The translations under genes and the position numbers were made by a program. Below the pieces are notes generated by a model that had not been told where the DNA came from, made no database searches, and worked only from the letters and a program-made list of their open reading frames with translations. A stretch of DNA of 64,000 nt, counting the filler, from Rhabdomonas costata (taxonomy: Eukaryota), in the NCBI GenBank assembly GCA_019059605.1. It is 19 parts of 19 records of this genome, joined end to end, with 100 filler letters (N's around TTAATTAATTAA, not from the genome) between each part and the next. Parts side by side here need not be neighbours in the genome. Positions count along the whole stretch, not along the records: positions 60,760 to 64,000 come from JAHMHO010001114.1; 18 more parts are not named here. One strand, given 5' to 3'. This document shows positions 61,093 through 64,000 of the stretch, piece after piece; within the stretch, counting starts at the first letter, position 1, and each line of letters starts with the position of its first letter.

Positions 61093-63166
61093 CAGTCCGT
61101 GAAGTGCCTCGTCAGCAGCAGCCGGAACCACCCCATTGTGTAGATCCTTGCGTTGAACACCTTGATGTTGCCCAGCCGCACACGGTCGTCCCTGGGGTCG
61201 ACCCACTCCACCAGCAGAAGCTTGCGGGTCACCCTCCTAAGGTTCAGAATGGCGTTTTCAAGGGAGTCCCCCTCGCTGTGCCCGCACAGCCAGTGCAACA
61301 CACCGATGGCCGTCACCACGTCAGCCTTGCCTGGGTACCGCCCCAGCTTCCCGGAAAACACCGACCTGCGGGTCAAAACCGCAAACAAAGCTTCTCTACT
61401 GCTTTTCACTCGACATTCGTGGCAATCGGTTACATAGCTTCAAAATCGAATGTGATCTGAAGACCGCTTAAGGCTCTGTGTAGGTTTTACTACACGAGTA
61501 TTAGCTACCGTTGCCATGACGTGGCACCAGACATGGGCTTGAGATTGCAGGAAGCCCATGGGGAAGTTCTGTCACTCCATCCAGCCCCAATGCCCCAAAG
61601 CGACGTTTTGGTGCGGAGAAAAAAAATGAACTCTGAAGAACTGTGGACTGTTGCCAAAAAGTATGGTGGTGCAGTTGGGAAACATGGGGAACAGCTTGGG
61701 GCACCTTTTGCACCTGACTGGAACCGATAAAATGGGATATGGTTTTCTGTCACCTTTACCTTTCTGACTCAAACAGACAAACTGAAACAGGACACCAGGA
61801 CACAAACCACCACCGAACGGAGCAAGGCACGCGAAGGGCTGCAATTCGGAAAGAGTCAGAAAGTTACTCGCGGGCGAGGGAAGGGGAAGACCAGTTGTCG
61901 ATGTTCAGGAACTTCTTCACGCTCTCCATTCCCCGAATCGAGCCCGGGTCCATCTCCACCCCGGTGACGTGCTTCGCCCCGCAGTACAGTGCCATCGCAC
62001 ACCACGCGCCATCGTTGGCGCCCACGTCCAGATAGGTGTTGCCGGCCATGAAGGAGGGCTGGAAGAACGCGCCCGCGGGGAAGGACCCAGCGGCGCTGTA
62101 ATACATCCACTTTGGGCAAATTCTGCAGAGCGGTGGGAGATAAAGATCGTCTCCATCCAGCGGAAAAGTGAAAAAACAAAGGGGGAAACAAGCGCAAAAG
62201 GAGCTCGAAGAAGGTCTCCGCAAGCAGAAGTTTTTTTGCGGCGTTGAGCAGAAAAATCTTGTCCCTCTTTTTGTTCTGACTCCTGACAACACATTCAGGA
62301 CGTTTCTCTGGATGACGCAAACAGGAGCCAGACGCTCTCCACCGTCTGGAACTAACGCTGATCTCATAGGTCCTCTACGCTCAGAGACCAAAGGCACGTC
62401 ATGCAGGACCCTCTGGATGCAACACTAAAAACCGACCATTGCGCAAACTCGAGGACAAATGGCGCATCTGAGCAAAAGGCTGCGGCTGCGAAGAAACACA
62501 CTACCCCATAGCGTATCACTCGTTCTTGCATCAGCAACACCAGTGGCGAGGTAAATAGGAGGCGATATACAGAACCCACAGACGCCAGCGCGGTGATCTT
62601 CTCGGCAGGACCTTTCCTACTGGCGTTGGAGTGTGGTTCCATGTCCCGGATCACTCCGAGATTGTCATCGATAAGACTGCACTACTCTCTCCTCATTTGT
62701 TGTGTGCTTGACTCTTCCGACTTGCTAAAGGTGGTGTGACGGTTAGGTTTTCAGGTCCCATACCCAAATCTCCGCGCTCGTGCGTTACCCTGCTGGTTTT
62801 TCTTCCAGCAGTGAGAGAGGCCGCTGAATGGTGGACTCCTGCGCTTCTCTGCACCGGCTTTCCATACACAGAGACATACCGGTAGCGCTGGTACCCCCGC
62901 ACCAGTACACAGCCGTCGGCGGCCTGGGTGACCGACACGTGCTTCTCCATGTGAGTGGTCTTCTGGTCCACGAAGGTGTGGTTTTCCTTCGCAACGTACC
63001 GCGGGACCTCGTGTTGCGACAGCGCGGCGTACGTAGCGGACTGCAGGTACTCCGCGCGGGTGTATGCCGGGGGAACGGGCGACCGAATGGCGAGGGAGTT
63101 GGCGAAGGGCAGCCATGCCAGAGGCAGCACCAAGGCGCAGCACATAAGAAGGGTGCATTGAGCCAT
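61093..63166 (-). CDS. Class I SAM-dependent methyltransferase with N-terminal signal peptide/anchor, 3' partial
   Basis: Exons 63166-62880 (hydrophobic N-terminus), 62122-61892 (YLDVGANDG motif I, VTGVEMD motif II) and 61365-61093 (ADVVTAIGVLHW, LLLVEW). GT-AG and phase-consistent. Confidence 0.88.
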
Positions 63167-64000
63167 CGGTGCTGGGGCAAAAGCTTACCTCGAGTACAAG
63201 TCTAGAAACGCCCCTGTTGGGTCTTGCTCACCATTGAAAAATAGAGGGAATGGCCCGGTAGAAAGAAAAAAGGGGGAGGGGCTAAAATTGGAAAGAAAGG
63301 TGATGTCCACATACAAAGAAGGTTTATTCGCATTCGTCACGTTAAGGATGCAACCCGAAAACAAACGAAAGTGCTTGGGTTTAAAGCAGGTGCTTGATGG
63401 TGAAGATATATAATGAAAAAAGTTCTGTGGACTTCCTTCCTATTGTCCACTTATAGGTGATGTAACAATTGCGAACAGGAGTGAGGATCTCGACCACCTT
63501 GAACTTCCTCTTGCCAACACCACCGCAGTCCGTTTCTTACTCTTTCCGCTTCTTACGCTTTCCTCAGAGAGATTTCAATTTTTCTTGTGGAGCTTCCAGC
63601 AAAAAGAATAAGAACCACACAAGCGGCGCAACTACACTTTGTGCATTCCCACCTTCGGGAACCTGTGAAGGAAGGAGAGGGTATGCCATTTTCGTCCAAA
63701 GGTCAAAAGTTACATGCACGTCCCCTTGGGTGAGCTTACTGGTCTCTACGGGAGTTGTTTCTTACTCTCTCTCCCCTTGGGCGAATGTCATGCCCCGCTC
63801 CCTTTACGTCGTGGGCATCGTACAAAATTCATTACGCATAGTGCAAAATGAGCTGGGTATCGTTTAAAGACAGGCCGAAAATGCCCCTCATCTCTCTTTC
63901 AGAGGAAAGCTGACAACAAATATTCACAACAGCGACATTCACAGTATCCACAGGTAAGCACACCAGCACAAAAAAAGTGTGGACTGTGCGACATACAACA

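Noticed and set aside
1-64000. Gene cluster or pathway formed by neighbouring genes (WS/DGAT, GT-like, methyltransferase, kinase)
   Set aside because: They lie on separate, similar-length concatenated contigs. Only within-contig adjacency is meaningful.

Overview
This window is not one continuous locus. It is a pseudo-scaffold of 19 unrelated contigs of about 3.24-3.30 kb, joined by an artificial 100-bp linker (44 N + TTAATTAATTAA + 44 N). Most contigs start with G/T-only sequence and end with C/A-only sequence, which suggests G/T-primer whole-genome amplification. The DNA is from an intron-rich eukaryote with TTAGGG repeats, probably a euglenozoan such as a euglenid (inference from a WS/DGAT wax ester synthase and a divergent kinetoplastid/actinobacterial-type adenylosuccinate synthetase). 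Phase-consistent spliced fragments could be built for an SDR oxidoreductase, adenylosuccinate synthetase, an MlrC/M81 peptidase, a kelch-repeat protein, a Cys-rich GCC2/GCC3-repeat protein, WS/DGAT, two GLNDR-motif glycosyltransferase-like paralogs, a membrane histidine kinase, DNAI7/CASC1 and a signal-peptide methyltransferase. Also present are an NLR-like LRR ORF, a RING protein and a decayed Ty3/Gypsy integrase. The most striking structure is two unrelated MITE-like elements, probably intronic (36476-36891 and 47594-47852). Both have GG...CC terminal inverted repeats, 8-bp target-site duplications (Merlin-like) and internal telomeric repeat arrays. Three of 35 fully modelled introns appear to be GC-AG. 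No rRNA, tRNA, CRISPR array or clear euglenid non-conventional intron was recognised. All family assignments are by motif recognition without database searches.
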